A program made the translations under genes and the position numbers. The notes beneath the pieces were generated by a model. The model had not been told where the DNA came from. It did not search any database and worked only from the letters and a program-made list of their open reading frames with translations. 64,000 nucleotides of DNA from Clostridia bacterium (GTDB taxonomy: Bacteria > Bacillota > Clostridia > RGIG7378): the NCBI GenBank assembly GCA_045588325.1, contig JAZNEA010000102.1:1348-65347 (forward strand). The letters run 5' to 3'. How positions within the stretch are numbered: position 1 is the stretch's first letter; each line of letters opens with the position of its first letter. Shown here piece after piece: positions 1-9,101 of the stretch.

Positions 1-144
1 CATCCATACTGTACTCAACTAGCCACATAATCAGCGGTGCTGTAGGCCTGGCAGTTGCCATAATCGTAGCACTGCGGAGTAAGAGCCTTGTAGTGGTGGC
101 AGCCTCCAGTTGCGCGGCTGTGTATATAATGGAATTAGCTATTA

Positions 145-186
145 AATTCATATAACAAACAGGACCCACCAATTGGCAGGTCCTGT
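145..186 (-). terminator. Candidate intrinsic terminator downstream of ackA
   Basis: Inverted repeat ACAGGACC...GGTCCTGT (159-186). On the minus strand it is followed by a U-rich stretch (GTTTGTTATAT), and it lies just after the ackA stop. Confidence 0.45.
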
Positions 187-207
187 CTAATTACTGGAAG
201 TATTTAA

Positions 208-1398
208 TTACTTTGCGGTAAGTCTCATTGTCTCCTGAGCAATTGCCAACTCCTCGTTGGTAGGTATGATGTATACCTTGACCTTGCTGTCTGGTGTGGA
301 AATCAATGTCTCCTCGCCTCTGACCTTGTTCTTCTCGGGGTCAATCTTAACGCCCAAGAACTCCAGACCCTCAACTGCTCCTGCGCGAACAACAGAATCG
401 TTCTCTCCTACGCCAGCAGTAAATGCGATGCAGTCACAACCGCCCATTGCAGCCATGTAGGAACCGATATACTTCTTAACACTGTAGCAGAACATATCCA
501 GAGCCAACTTAGCTCTCTCGTTGCCCTCGTTAGCTGCAGCATTGAGATCGCGGAAATCGCTGCTGATTCCGGAGATGCCCATAACACCGCTCTTCTTGTT
601 CATAAGGTTATCAACCTGATCTGCAGTCATGTTCTCCTTGTCCATAATGAACTTAACAATGGCAGGGTCAATAGAACCACAACGTGTGCCCATAGGTGTT
701 CCCTCCAGAGGAGTGAGACCCATTGTTGTGTCTACACACTTTCCATGATCAACTGCGCTGATGGAGGATCCATTGCCCAGGTGACATGTGATAATCTTAA
801 GGTCCTCATATGGGCGTCCATCAACCTCTGCACATCTGCGAGAAACGTACATGTGGCTGGTGCCATGGAAGCCATATCTGCGGATGTGATGCTTCTCATA
901 CATCTCGTAGGGCAATGCATACATATATGCCTTAGCTGGCATGGTCTGATGGAATGCGGTGTCAAATACTGCTACCTGAGGAACGTCGGGCAACAGCTTG
1001 CGGCACTCCTTGATACCCAGGGAGTTTGCAGGGTTGTGAAGAGGCCCCAGAGGAATGTGTGCGTCGATAACATCGATAACGTGGTCGTCAATAACAACAG
1101 ACTGTGTGATTTCCTCACCACCGTGGAGAACTCTGTGTCCTACAGCAGCAATCTCGCTCAAATCAGAGATTACTCCAACCTCTGCATCTGTCAAAGCCTT
1201 GAAAACAGACATAATTGCCTCGCCATGTGTTGGCATAGGAATGCTCCAAGTAGTCTTGGTATCCATGTTGTTGTGAACGAGCTGACCATCAATACCAATA
1301 CGCTCGCAAATACCCTTGGCGACAACATCGCCCTTAGGCATATCCAGCAACTGATACTTAAGAGAAGAGCTACCGCAATTAATAACTAAAACTTTCAT
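208..1398 (-). CDS. ackA: Acetate kinase
   Basis: 396 aa. The N-terminus MKVLVINCGSSSLKYQLLDM is the acetate/propionate kinase signature. The ASKHG-like core is present, and the gene is adjacent to pta. Confidence 0.95.
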   Translation of the reverse strand: MKVLVINCGSSSLKYQLLDMPKGDVVAKGICERIGIDGQLVHNNMDTKTTWSIPMPTHGEAIMSVFKALTDAEVGVISDLSEIAAVGHRVLHGGEEITQSVVIDDHVIDVIDAHIPLGPLHNPANSLGIKECRKLLPDVPQVAVFDTAFHQTMPAKAYMYALPYEMYEKHHIRRYGFHGTSHMYVSRRCAEVDGRPYEDLKIITCHLGNGSSISAVDHGKCVDTTMGLTPLEGTPMGTRCGSIDPAIVKFIMDKENMTADQVDNLMNKKSGVMGISGISSDFRDLNAAANEGNERAKLALDMFCYSVKKYIGSYMAAMGGCDCIAFTAGVGENDSVVRAGAVEGLEFLGVKIDPEKNKVRGEETLISTPDSKVKVYIIPTNEELAIAQETMRLTAK

Positions 1399-1419
1399 AC
1401 TATCATCCTCACCTTTTTA

Positions 1420-2418
1420 TTAAATTGTGGACTGAACAGCAGTAACTGCTACTACGCCAACAATGTCCTCTGCGCTGCAACCTCTGGAAAGATCGTTAAC
1501 TGGCTTAGCAAATCCCTGCATAATGGGGCCGTATGCCTCAGCCTTTGCCAATCTCTGAACCAGCTTATAGGAGATATTTCCTGCATTCAAGTCGGGGAAA
1601 ATCAAGACGTTAGCCTTACCGGCAACGGGACTGCCCGGAGCCTTGAACTCGCCTACACTGGGAACGATAGCTGCGTCTGCCTGGAGCTCGCCGTCCAGAT
1701 TGATGTCAGGAGCCTTCTCCTTGGCAAGTCTGGTAGCCTCCACAACCTTCTCGGTCAGTTCGCTATGAGCGCTGCCGTATGTGGAGTAGGACAACATTGC
1801 CACATTGGCCTTTGCCCCAATCAGAGCCTCAAACGACTTAGCCGAACTAACTGCAATCTCAGCCAGCTTCTCTGCATCTGGGTTCTCGTTAAGAGCAGGA
1901 TCTGCAAAGACAAAGGTTCCATTCTCTCCCAGATCACAATTGGGAACACTCATTACAAAGAATGATGAAACCATCTTGGCATCAGGAGCTGTCTTAATAA
2001 TTTGAAGTCCAGGTCTCATGGTGTCTGCTGTTGAGTGGCATGCACCTGCAACCAATCCATCGCCAATACCCATCTTAAGACACATAATGCCAAAAGGAAT
2101 ATGCTGCTTTAACATCTCAGTAGCCTTTTCCTCAGTCATGCCCTTGGCCTTGCGGAGCTCAACCAGCTTGTCCCTGAACTCGTCAAATCTGTCAAAATTA
2201 AGGGGGTCAATAACGTTAGCACCGGAAACATCAACGCCTGCCTCTGCTGCCATAGCCTCGATATCTGCAGGATTGCCGATGAGGACAACCTTTGCAATAC
2301 CCTGCTCCAAAATAGAAGCTGTGGCCTTAATTGTCCTGACATCCTCAGACTCTGGGAGGATAATTGTCTTGCCTAAACTACGTGCTTTTACAATAATTTC
2401 ATCAATAAACTTTCCCAT
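1420..2418 (-). CDS. pta: Phosphate acetyltransferase
   Basis: 332 aa with the Pta/PTA_PTB fold (…GNPADIEAMAAEAGV…, …SRGCSAEDIV…). It sits immediately upstream of ackA in the same operon orientation. Confidence 0.9.
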   Translation of the reverse strand: MGKFIDEIIVKARSLGKTIILPESEDVRTIKATASILEQGIAKVVLIGNPADIEAMAAEAGVDVSGANVIDPLNFDRFDEFRDKLVELRKAKGMTEEKATEMLKQHIPFGIMCLKMGIGDGLVAGACHSTADTMRPGLQIIKTAPDAKMVSSFFVMSVPNCDLGENGTFVFADPALNENPDAEKLAEIAVSSAKSFEALIGAKANVAMLSYSTYGSAHSELTEKVVEATRLAKEKAPDINLDGELQADAAIVPSVGEFKAPGSPVAGKANVLIFPDLNAGNISYKLVQRLAKAEAYGPIMQGFAKPVNDLSRGCSAEDIVGVVAVTAVQSTI

Positions 2419-2436
2419 TTTGCTCTCCTTCTCTAT

Positions 2437-4158
2437 TTATTCAAAGATCATGTGACGCTTGATCTTGAGTGTAGTAGTTTTAATAAACTCTGTCTCCCTC
2501 ACAATTACATTGCGGATGGCCTTGTAGCTAACAAGCCTGGAGTTGACCTGATCCTTGATCTCATCGAACAGGAGTTTCTCCATCTGTTCCTTGGTAGGCT
2601 GGCCCTCAATGGAATACTTGCTCTTAATGATGTCCACATCAGGATAAACCATACAGGCAATCCTGGCATCACCATCCTCCAACTTCTCCTCGAAAATAAC
2701 GCATTCCTTGACGGTATCCAGCTCCAAAATCATGGGCTCGATCTCCTCTGGATATACGTTCTTGCCATTCTTGGTAAGAATCATGTTCTTGCAACGACCT
2801 GTGATATAAACAAATCCATCCTCGTCCTTGTGGCCCACGTCTCCAGTGTGGAACCATCCGTCGATAATTACAGCGTCTGTGGCCTCCTGGTTCTCGTAAT
2901 ACCCCAGCATTACATTCTCGCCCCTGGCAATAATCTCGCCAGAGCCCTCATCATTGGGATTGTAGATTTCAATCTCCACGCCAGGCATGGGGTAACCAAC
3001 AGCCTCATCCTTATAATATGTATCTGCTCCCAAAGCGATAATCGGGGCACACTCTGTGAGTCCATAACCCTGACGAACCCTGATACCCAGATCGTAAAGT
3101 CCCTTGGATACTTCAGGATTCATGGGAGCTGCACCTACAACAAACAACTCCAGTTCTCCGCCAAATGCGCTATGAATCTGCTTGAACAGCTTACGGGACA
3201 TGTCTACGCCCACTTTGCGGGCGGCATTGTTGACCTTGATAATTGTCTCAACCTTCTTGCGAAGACCAGGGGTTTTGTCAATATTGGCCCAGATCTTGTT
3301 GTACATTGTCTCAACCAGCAATGGTACTGTCAGAACGTATGTAACCTTGGCCTCGGACATGTTCTGCTGAACGTAACGCAGTCCCTCGCAGAATGCCACT
3401 GTACAGCCGCCGTATACGGAGTACAGGAATCCGCAGGTACACTCATATGTATGATGCAGAGGCAATATTGACAGACATGTGCCACCTCTTACCTCAACCA
3501 TGGATCCCATAGCCATGATGTTTGTAACGATATTGTGGTGGCTGAGCATTACTGCCTTTGCATCAGATGTGGTGCCGGAAGTGAACAGCAAAATAGACAT
3601 TACATATGGGTCAATCTTGGCGTTCATGTAGTCCATGTTGCCCTGTTCCAGGAGCTGATTGCCCTCCTCTATGAGAGTACCTAATGTTGTAGTCTGGAAC
3701 TGATCGTCAGTCTTATTACCCATGTTTACAAAGAGTGAAACTGTGGGACACTGATCCTTGATGCTCTTAATCTTATCAAAATACTTGTCAGAGAAAATAA
3801 CTACAGATACATCTGCCCTCTTGATCATATGGGCAATCTCTGTGGCAGGCAGCTCCTTGTCGATGGGCACGATGATACCTACGCCTGTAACTGTAGCCAT
3901 ATATCCAACTGTCCATCCATAGCAATTCTCGCCCAGGACGGCAACTCTCTTGTCCTTGAAACCGCGAGCAACCAAAGCCGTACCCAGCCCATGCACATCT
4001 TTGCCAAACTTAGCATATTTAATGGGTCTATACGGCTCGTTGTGTGAATCCTTAACTAAAAACAGAGTTCTTTCGCTGTATTTTTTAAGGCTGTTATTCA
4101 GCATATCCTTAAGATCTGTGACTCGATCCATCTCATAAAGTTTAAGCTTTTGTTTCAT
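2437..4158 (-). CDS. AMP-dependent long-chain fatty acid--CoA ligase (FadD-like)
   Basis: 573 aa. The AMP-binding motif FTSGTTSDAKAVMLSHHN and the YGLTE core motif are present, with an ANL superfamily C-terminal domain. Confidence 0.75.
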   Translation of the reverse strand: MKQKLKLYEMDRVTDLKDMLNNSLKKYSERTLFLVKDSHNEPYRPIKYAKFGKDVHGLGTALVARGFKDKRVAVLGENCYGWTVGYMATVTGVGIIVPIDKELPATEIAHMIKRADVSVVIFSDKYFDKIKSIKDQCPTVSLFVNMGNKTDDQFQTTTLGTLIEEGNQLLEQGNMDYMNAKIDPYVMSILLFTSGTTSDAKAVMLSHHNIVTNIMAMGSMVEVRGGTCLSILPLHHTYECTCGFLYSVYGGCTVAFCEGLRYVQQNMSEAKVTYVLTVPLLVETMYNKIWANIDKTPGLRKKVETIIKVNNAARKVGVDMSRKLFKQIHSAFGGELELFVVGAAPMNPEVSKGLYDLGIRVRQGYGLTECAPIIALGADTYYKDEAVGYPMPGVEIEIYNPNDEGSGEIIARGENVMLGYYENQEATDAVIIDGWFHTGDVGHKDEDGFVYITGRCKNMILTKNGKNVYPEEIEPMILELDTVKECVIFEEKLEDGDARIACMVYPDVDIIKSKYSIEGQPTKEQMEKLLFDEIKDQVNSRLVSYKAIRNVIVRETEFIKTTTLKIKRHMIFE

Positions 4159-4201
4159 TCTACGACTCCTTTAAACGCAAAAATTCTACTCATTTCATAC
4201 C

Positions 4202-5029
4202 CTAAAATATTAATCCATTCTTTGAAATAATTCCAGCATCTAGGGAAATACATTTGTGATTTAATCTAAGTCCCAAAGCCTCTGCCAGGGCCACAGATCC
4301 TCTGTTTGCCTGCTCTACGTGGTACAGCACAATGGCACTGCTACCTGTGCCCATCAAGCCATGGCTAACGCACTTTTGAGCCCATCCCCTACGCCTGTTC
4401 CACAATGAGGTGTATACCCAAATGGGTTCCACTATCCTGGCAAAGCCATTGTAGTTTTCCTCTATGGAGCACACAGTAATGGGCTTGCTGCCCTTTAGCC
4501 TGCCATATACGTGGCAGTTATCGGCATTAAGGGGCAAATCTCCACAATACATGGCCAACTGTTCGTCCTTAGAATTAGACAGCAAACTCATTTCGTCAAT
4601 TGTAAGCTTGTGTATCTCACCACACAACTGAAAACGCAGTCCCTGTCCCACAAATTCCAGTGTCTCGTCACAAACTATTGCGCCATTTTGCGTAAGCAAA
4701 CTGGAAACACCTGGGCTGATTGTGTGGAAAACACATCTGACGCCATCGTATCTATGCCATAAGAACTGCAGAAGTTCGTTCATATCCTGACATGGTTCAC
4801 CAAACAGCCAAATCTCTGCAGATGGGTTGTTTGTCTCTATAGACATACCATTAATGACAGCTGTGACCACTCCTGCTCTGGCCAATAGGTTAATCCCCTG
4901 ACCTGCAGGATAAGTATGATTCTCGTCGGATAACTCTTTTAGGTAATATATGATACCAGCATTGCCCAGGTGGTCCTGTGCATCCAGTTCAACCAGAAAC
5001 TCCCAAATCTTGTCCGACAGAATTACCAT
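4202..5029 (-). CDS. Hypothetical protein with a C-terminal GNAT-like acetyltransferase motif
   Basis: 275 aa. The C-terminal segment WNRRRGWAQKCVSHG...ALAEALGL resembles GNAT motif A (R-x-x-G-x-A). The N-terminal ~150 aa has no recognisable family. The gene is translationally coupled to rlmB (1-nt overlap). Confidence 0.35.
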   Translation of the reverse strand: MVILSDKIWEFLVELDAQDHLGNAGIIYYLKELSDENHTYPAGQGINLLARAGVVTAVINGMSIETNNPSAEIWLFGEPCQDMNELLQFLWHRYDGVRCVFHTISPGVSSLLTQNGAIVCDETLEFVGQGLRFQLCGEIHKLTIDEMSLLSNSKDEQLAMYCGDLPLNADNCHVYGRLKGSKPITVCSIEENYNGFARIVEPIWVYTSLWNRRRGWAQKCVSHGLMGTGSSAIVLYHVEQANRGSVALAEALGLRLNHKCISLDAGIISKNGLIF

Positions 5030-5922
5030 TAGTTGCTCCTCTGAGACACCGCCTCGAACATTACTACAGCAGCGGCTGTTGCTGCATTAAGTGAATTGAC
5101 CTTACCCATAAGAGGAATTTTAACCAGGTGATCGCAGTTTGACATAACCAATCTGCTCATCCCTTCTCCCTCACTGCCAATTATAAGTGCAATTGGTGCT
5201 CTGTAGTCCACATCCTTGTAGTACTGAGGTGCAGAGCCATCTGTGCCAACGATCCACAGACCCTTTTCCTTTAGTTCGCGGATGGTGGAGGAAATATTGA
5301 CAACTCTAGCAATCATCATATGCTCACAGGCACCAGCAGAGACCTTGGCAACTACAGGGGTAACCTGAACAGACCTGCGTTCAGGAATAATTATGCCATC
5401 TACACCGGCGCACTCTGCCGATCTGATAATGGCACCGAAATTGTTGGGATCATTGATACCATCCAGGATAATGATGAAAGGAGCATGTCCCAGGTTCTCT
5501 GCCCTCTTAAGGATATCGTCTACAGTGCAGTACTCCTTAGCTGCAGCCAAAGCAATAACTCCCTGGTGAGATCCTACAACAGAAATCTTATCCAGAGCTG
5601 TGCGCTCTACCTCCTGCAGAGGAATATGTGACTCCTTTGCAAGATGCATAATCTTAGCAATCGTTGAATCATGTGTGCCTTTGGCAATCATGATTCTGTT
5701 AATGCTACGGCCTGCCTCCAGCGCCTCCAGACAGGGATTGCGGCCCTCGATTAAGTCGTCTCTCTCGTAGTTGTCTCTGGCATTTGTGGTATGTGCCTTA
5801 GGAGCTGGTCTGCCACCGCCCCTATGATTATCATTTTTGAACTTGGGTGCAGGTCCTCTGTTGCCATATGACGCCTTAGATGGCCCCCTTTTGTTGGCAC
5901 CCTGTGTATACTTTCTATCCAT
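5029..5922 (-). CDS. rlmB: 23S rRNA (guanosine-2'-O)-methyltransferase RlmB (SpoU/TrmH family) with a basic RG-rich N-terminal extension
   Basis: 297 aa. The SpoU-substrate-binding and SpoU methylase domains match (…GRNPCLEALEAGRSINRI…, …IALIIGSEGEGMS…, …NSLNAATAAAVVMFE). The first ~70 aa are Arg/Gly/Lys-rich. The conserved cysS-mrnC-rlmB order supports the call. Confidence 0.8.
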   Translation of the reverse strand: MDRKYTQGANKRGPSKASYGNRGPAPKFKNDNHRGGGRPAPKAHTTNARDNYERDDLIEGRNPCLEALEAGRSINRIMIAKGTHDSTIAKIMHLAKESHIPLQEVERTALDKISVVGSHQGVIALAAAKEYCTVDDILKRAENLGHAPFIIILDGINDPNNFGAIIRSAECAGVDGIIIPERRSVQVTPVVAKVSAGACEHMMIARVVNISSTIRELKEKGLWIVGTDGSAPQYYKDVDYRAPIALIIGSEGEGMSRLVMSNCDHLVKIPLMGKVNSLNAATAAAVVMFEAVSQRSN

Positions 5923-6352
5923 TTACGCTCCTTGCCGGCAATTGGCCGATAATCTCATCTGCCTTGGCCATTAACTGTGCCAATCTATCGTCCTCTCCTC
6001 TCAAATAGAGGAACCCCAATAAACATTCAAAGGCCGTGGCTAATCTGTAATCTGCCATGCTGGCGTGTTTTGCCACCGTGCCCTGATGGGCATTCCTGGC
6101 TCTGCGAACCAAGTCCTGTTCTGCTGCAGTTAACATCTCGGACATACCTCTCATAGCCGCAGCCTGTGCTCCCGCCCGTACTCGCGAAACAGTAGCGCAA
6201 TGTATCTCCTGAATGCTACCGGCTTTGAGAGAAATTGTATTAGTCCTCGTATGTAGTTCAAAAACAGTGTCGCCTATATATGCCAAAAAAGATGTTGGCA
6301 TATTGATTAACTCTGTCTCCGTATATATGCGATTGCGAAAGCCCGACGTCAT
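5915..6352 (-). CDS. mrnC: Mini-ribonuclease 3
   Basis: 145 aa single RNase III catalytic domain (LAYIGDTVFELH…, …TAFECLLGFLYL). It sits between cysS and rlmB as in Bacillus. Confidence 0.8.
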   Translation of the reverse strand: MTSGFRNRIYTETELINMPTSFLAYIGDTVFELHTRTNTISLKAGSIQEIHCATVSRVRAGAQAAAMRGMSEMLTAAEQDLVRRARNAHQGTVAKHASMADYRLATAFECLLGFLYLRGEDDRLAQLMAKADEIIGQLPARSVNG

Positions 6353-7740
6353 TTTCTCTCCAGCTTTTGACCCTCTGCAGAGTCCTTAACAATATATCCC
6401 ATATCGGAAAGCTTGTTTCTGATTTCATCGGAGAGAGCCCAATTCTTGGTCTTACGAGCCTCTGCCCTCTGCTCTAGCAGCTGTGCAACCTCTGCAGGAA
6501 TCTGTTCCTCCTGAGTCTCATGGGGCTGGTATGATGCTATGTCCAGGCCTAAAATGCTGTCCATCTTAATCAATGCCTGCCAAACCATGTGGGACTTAGT
6601 CTCAGATTTGATCAGGTTCCAGGCTATACCCAATGCTTTTGGCACATTCAAATCATCGTTAACGGCATTAAAGAAGTCCTCCAACGCCTTATCAACAACC
6701 TGTGAATCTATCTGGCCAGGCTTATCCTTGTGTGCATATGCTCCCTCGTAGAATCTGGCGCAGGATACAACTGCAGCTCTGATGGACTCCTCGGTGTAGT
6801 TGAGCTTGTTCCTGTAATGGGCGTTCAGGCAGAAATACCTAAATGCCATGGCAGGAATGCCCATCTTCTCCAGGTCTGTAACTGTCCATACATTACCTAA
6901 GCTCTTGGACATTTTGCCGTTATTAACCATCATAAACTCGCTATGCATCCAATACTTAACTGCTGGATTGCCGCCGTTTATGGCCTCAGACTGAGCAATT
7001 TCATTCTCATGGTGAATCGGTATATGGTCTACACCACCTGTATGAATATCGAAATATTCGCCCAAATACTTGCGGGACATAACGGAACACTCAATGTGCC
7101 ATCCTGGATATCCCATACCCCATGGACTGGGCCACTGCATGATGTGCTCCTTAGGGGCCTTCTTCCACAGTGCAAAGTCTGCAGGATTCCTCTTCTCAGG
7201 GTTAACATCTACTCTGGCTCCAGACTTCTGGTCCTCAAGGTTGATGCCCGAAAGCTTACCATAATTGGGGAACTTGGAAATGTCGTAATAGATACCATCC
7301 GATGTCTCGTATCCAAAGCCCAATTGTACCAGTTCCTGGACGTAGTCAATCATCTCCTGAATGTTGTCCGTGGCCTTGGGAGTAATCTCTGGCATGTCGA
7401 TGTGCAATCTGGCGCAGTCTGCCATAAATGCATCTGTATAGAAGGCGGCGATCTCCCAGGGAGTCTTGCCCTCGCGACGGGCGCCCTTCTCCATCTTGTC
7501 CTCACCGGCATCACCATCAGATGTAAGGTGTCCCACGTCTGTAATATTCATAACGCCTGTCAGGTTATAACCGTTGGACTTAAGTGCTCTGCGGAGCAAA
7601 TCCATAAAGATATAAGTACGCATGTTACCAATATGTGCAAATCCGTATACTGTAGGACCGCAAGAATACATGCGAACGTCATTGCCCTGAATAGGCTGTA
7701 ATTCTTCCTTCTGTCTTGAAAGTGTATTGTATATTTTCAT
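6349..7740 (-). CDS. cysS: Cysteine--tRNA ligase
   Basis: The HIGH motif (CGPTVYGFAHIGNMRTY) and KMSKS motif (KMSKSLGN) are present. The ORF-track start at 7800 was trimmed to the internal MKIYNTL start, which fits the promoter found just upstream. Confidence 0.95.
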   Translation of the reverse strand: MKIYNTLSRQKEELQPIQGNDVRMYSCGPTVYGFAHIGNMRTYIFMDLLRRALKSNGYNLTGVMNITDVGHLTSDGDAGEDKMEKGARREGKTPWEIAAFYTDAFMADCARLHIDMPEITPKATDNIQEMIDYVQELVQLGFGYETSDGIYYDISKFPNYGKLSGINLEDQKSGARVDVNPEKRNPADFALWKKAPKEHIMQWPSPWGMGYPGWHIECSVMSRKYLGEYFDIHTGGVDHIPIHHENEIAQSEAINGGNPAVKYWMHSEFMMVNNGKMSKSLGNVWTVTDLEKMGIPAMAFRYFCLNAHYRNKLNYTEESIRAAVVSCARFYEGAYAHKDKPGQIDSQVVDKALEDFFNAVNDDLNVPKALGIAWNLIKSETKSHMVWQALIKMDSILGLDIASYQPHETQEEQIPAEVAQLLEQRAEARKTKNWALSDEIRNKLSDMGYIVKDSAEGQKLERK

Positions 7741-7801
7741 ACTCTCTCCTAACTGCCACGAGGCAGAAAAATCAAAATATTGACAATAGGCCAACTGCAC
7801 A

Positions 7802-7830
7802 ATTTTAACAAAGGCTCAATAATAGGTCAA
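7802..7830 (-). promoter_or_regulatory. Candidate sigma-A promoter for cysS
   Basis: On the minus strand: TTGACC, a 17-nt spacer, then TAAAAT. It lies just after the stop of the upstream lipoprotein gene. The resulting short leader contains a small hairpin (CTGCC-TCGT-GGCAG) before the RBS AGGAGAGAG. There is no room for a T-box. Confidence 0.4.
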
Positions 7831-7841
7831 CCATTGTGAAC

Positions 7842-9101
7842 CTAACCCACATCCCCTGCAGGGTCCTGACTAGGATCTGTGGTGTTATCTGGAACTGGAT
7901 ATTTTGAAAACTCCAATCTGAACATGTCCAAAAGCTCTGCTGCAGATAAGTTGCCCTCCAGGAGCTCCTCCATGAATGGTGTAATAATCTGATCGTATTC
8001 TGTTACATTGGGGCGATAAACCTTGGTTCCCACTGCATTAAAGAATGCCGTAATCTGCTCAACCTGCTGGCTGGGAAAGGTCTCAGTATCCATCTCCCAC
8101 ATAATGTCCGTATACAAATTAAGAGCAGTCTCGAGATTATAGTAGGATTCAGCCCCCTTGGCCATAACCAACACCATAAAGTCCGTCGTCATAGATATAT
8201 ATTCTGTGGCATCAGGACCCAGTGGTAAAGTAATCATATGATACTTGCTGTCTAATTGTCTGGCGTCTGAGGCCTTGCCGACATAGAACGCTGCATTCCC
8301 TTCAAAGAAGCTGTCATCATCATATATCACACCAGCCTCTGCCATTTTGTGAATATACTCCAGTATAGATGTGGCATGATCATTAGCCGTAATTATGTCT
8401 GTAATGCCTGCATTATTTGTAGCTAACATTGCCTCCAAATAGTCGCCGCCAAACCCTTGTGCACCCATTTCCTTTGCTGAGATAGCCAGGCTTGTGAGCA
8501 TCTCCCAGTTCCATGTACCCTGAGAAATAGCTGCATCTATGACTTCCATGTCCAAGTATTCCGAATTGCAATACAGAACATATCCCGGAATGGATTGTCC
8601 CCAGTAAACGCCGTAAACATAGCCATACTGAGCGGAATTCTCATTGCAGAACTGGTCCCACTTATTCTCCGTCAAATCCAACTCCGTAGAATAACTATAT
8701 GGTATGAGTAGCTCTCTATCCAAAAATTCCTGCAGACGATCAGACTCAATCCAGAACAAGTCAACCACTGGCTCACCGCGCTCAATGGAGTCGATGATAG
8801 TTCCGTAATAGGTGTCATAGTTCATTCTGATATACTCGAAATGAACTTGCTTAGCATCCTGCAGAGAGTTGAGGGCGTCTACCACTGGGGCCTCTTGATC
8901 ATTGCGAGGTTCTTCTGGCCAGGCGATATTCCACCAGGCGCCGAACTTTACCGTCATATTCTCAAAGGACTCCACATTTGTATCAAACACGAATTCCGGC
9001 TCGCCGCCTGTGGTCTCCGTAACATCTCCTCCATCACAGGCCGACAAGGCCAATAACATTGCCAGCAGCAAGCACAGGATAGATCTACTCTTCTTCATCA
9101 T
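7842..9101 (-). CDS. Lipoprotein, probable orphan extracellular solute-binding protein (family 1-like)
   Basis: 419 aa. The signal peptide has a lipobox (LLALSAC). Composition and length are typical of sugar-type ABC substrate-binding proteins. No permease gene is adjacent. Confidence 0.45.
   Translation of the reverse strand: MMKKSRSILCLLLAMLLALSACDGGDVTETTGGEPEFVFDTNVESFENMTVKFGAWWNIAWPEEPRNDQEAPVVDALNSLQDAKQVHFEYIRMNYDTYYGTIIDSIERGEPVVDLFWIESDRLQEFLDRELLIPYSYSTELDLTENKWDQFCNENSAQYGYVYGVYWGQSIPGYVLYCNSEYLDMEVIDAAISQGTWNWEMLTSLAISAKEMGAQGFGGDYLEAMLATNNAGITDIITANDHATSILEYIHKMAEAGVIYDDDSFFEGNAAFYVGKASDARQLDSKYHMITLPLGPDATEYISMTTDFMVLVMAKGAESYYNLETALNLYTDIMWEMDTETFPSQQVEQITAFFNAVGTKVYRPNVTEYDQIITPFMEELLEGNLSAAELLDMFRLEFSKYPVPDNTTDPSQDPAGDVG

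Noticed and set aside
1-144. Possible 3' end of a plus-strand gene at the window start (open frame ending TAA ~138)
   Set aside because: Only ~45 codons visible, no recognisable motif; cannot be supported from this window.
2452-3471. 339-aa plus-strand ORF, plus similar long plus-strand ORFs (745-1389, 6943-7701, 11893-12660, 32731-33600, 39158-39808, 43215-44024, 51227-51946)
   Set aside because: All lie antisense to well-supported minus-strand genes with clear homologous families. They have low-complexity, Ser/Leu/Cys-rich translations and no RBS or family resemblance. They are shadow ORFs.
7741-7800. N-terminal extensions suggested by the ORF track (cysS 7800, rsmH 25426, SBP 30049, HAD 32781, dprA 52183, comM 53636, lipoproteins 45870/46529, rpmE 61249)
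   Set aside because: The extensions run through promoters, terminators or upstream stop-codon neighbourhoods. Internal starts with good SD sequences match the conserved protein N-termini.
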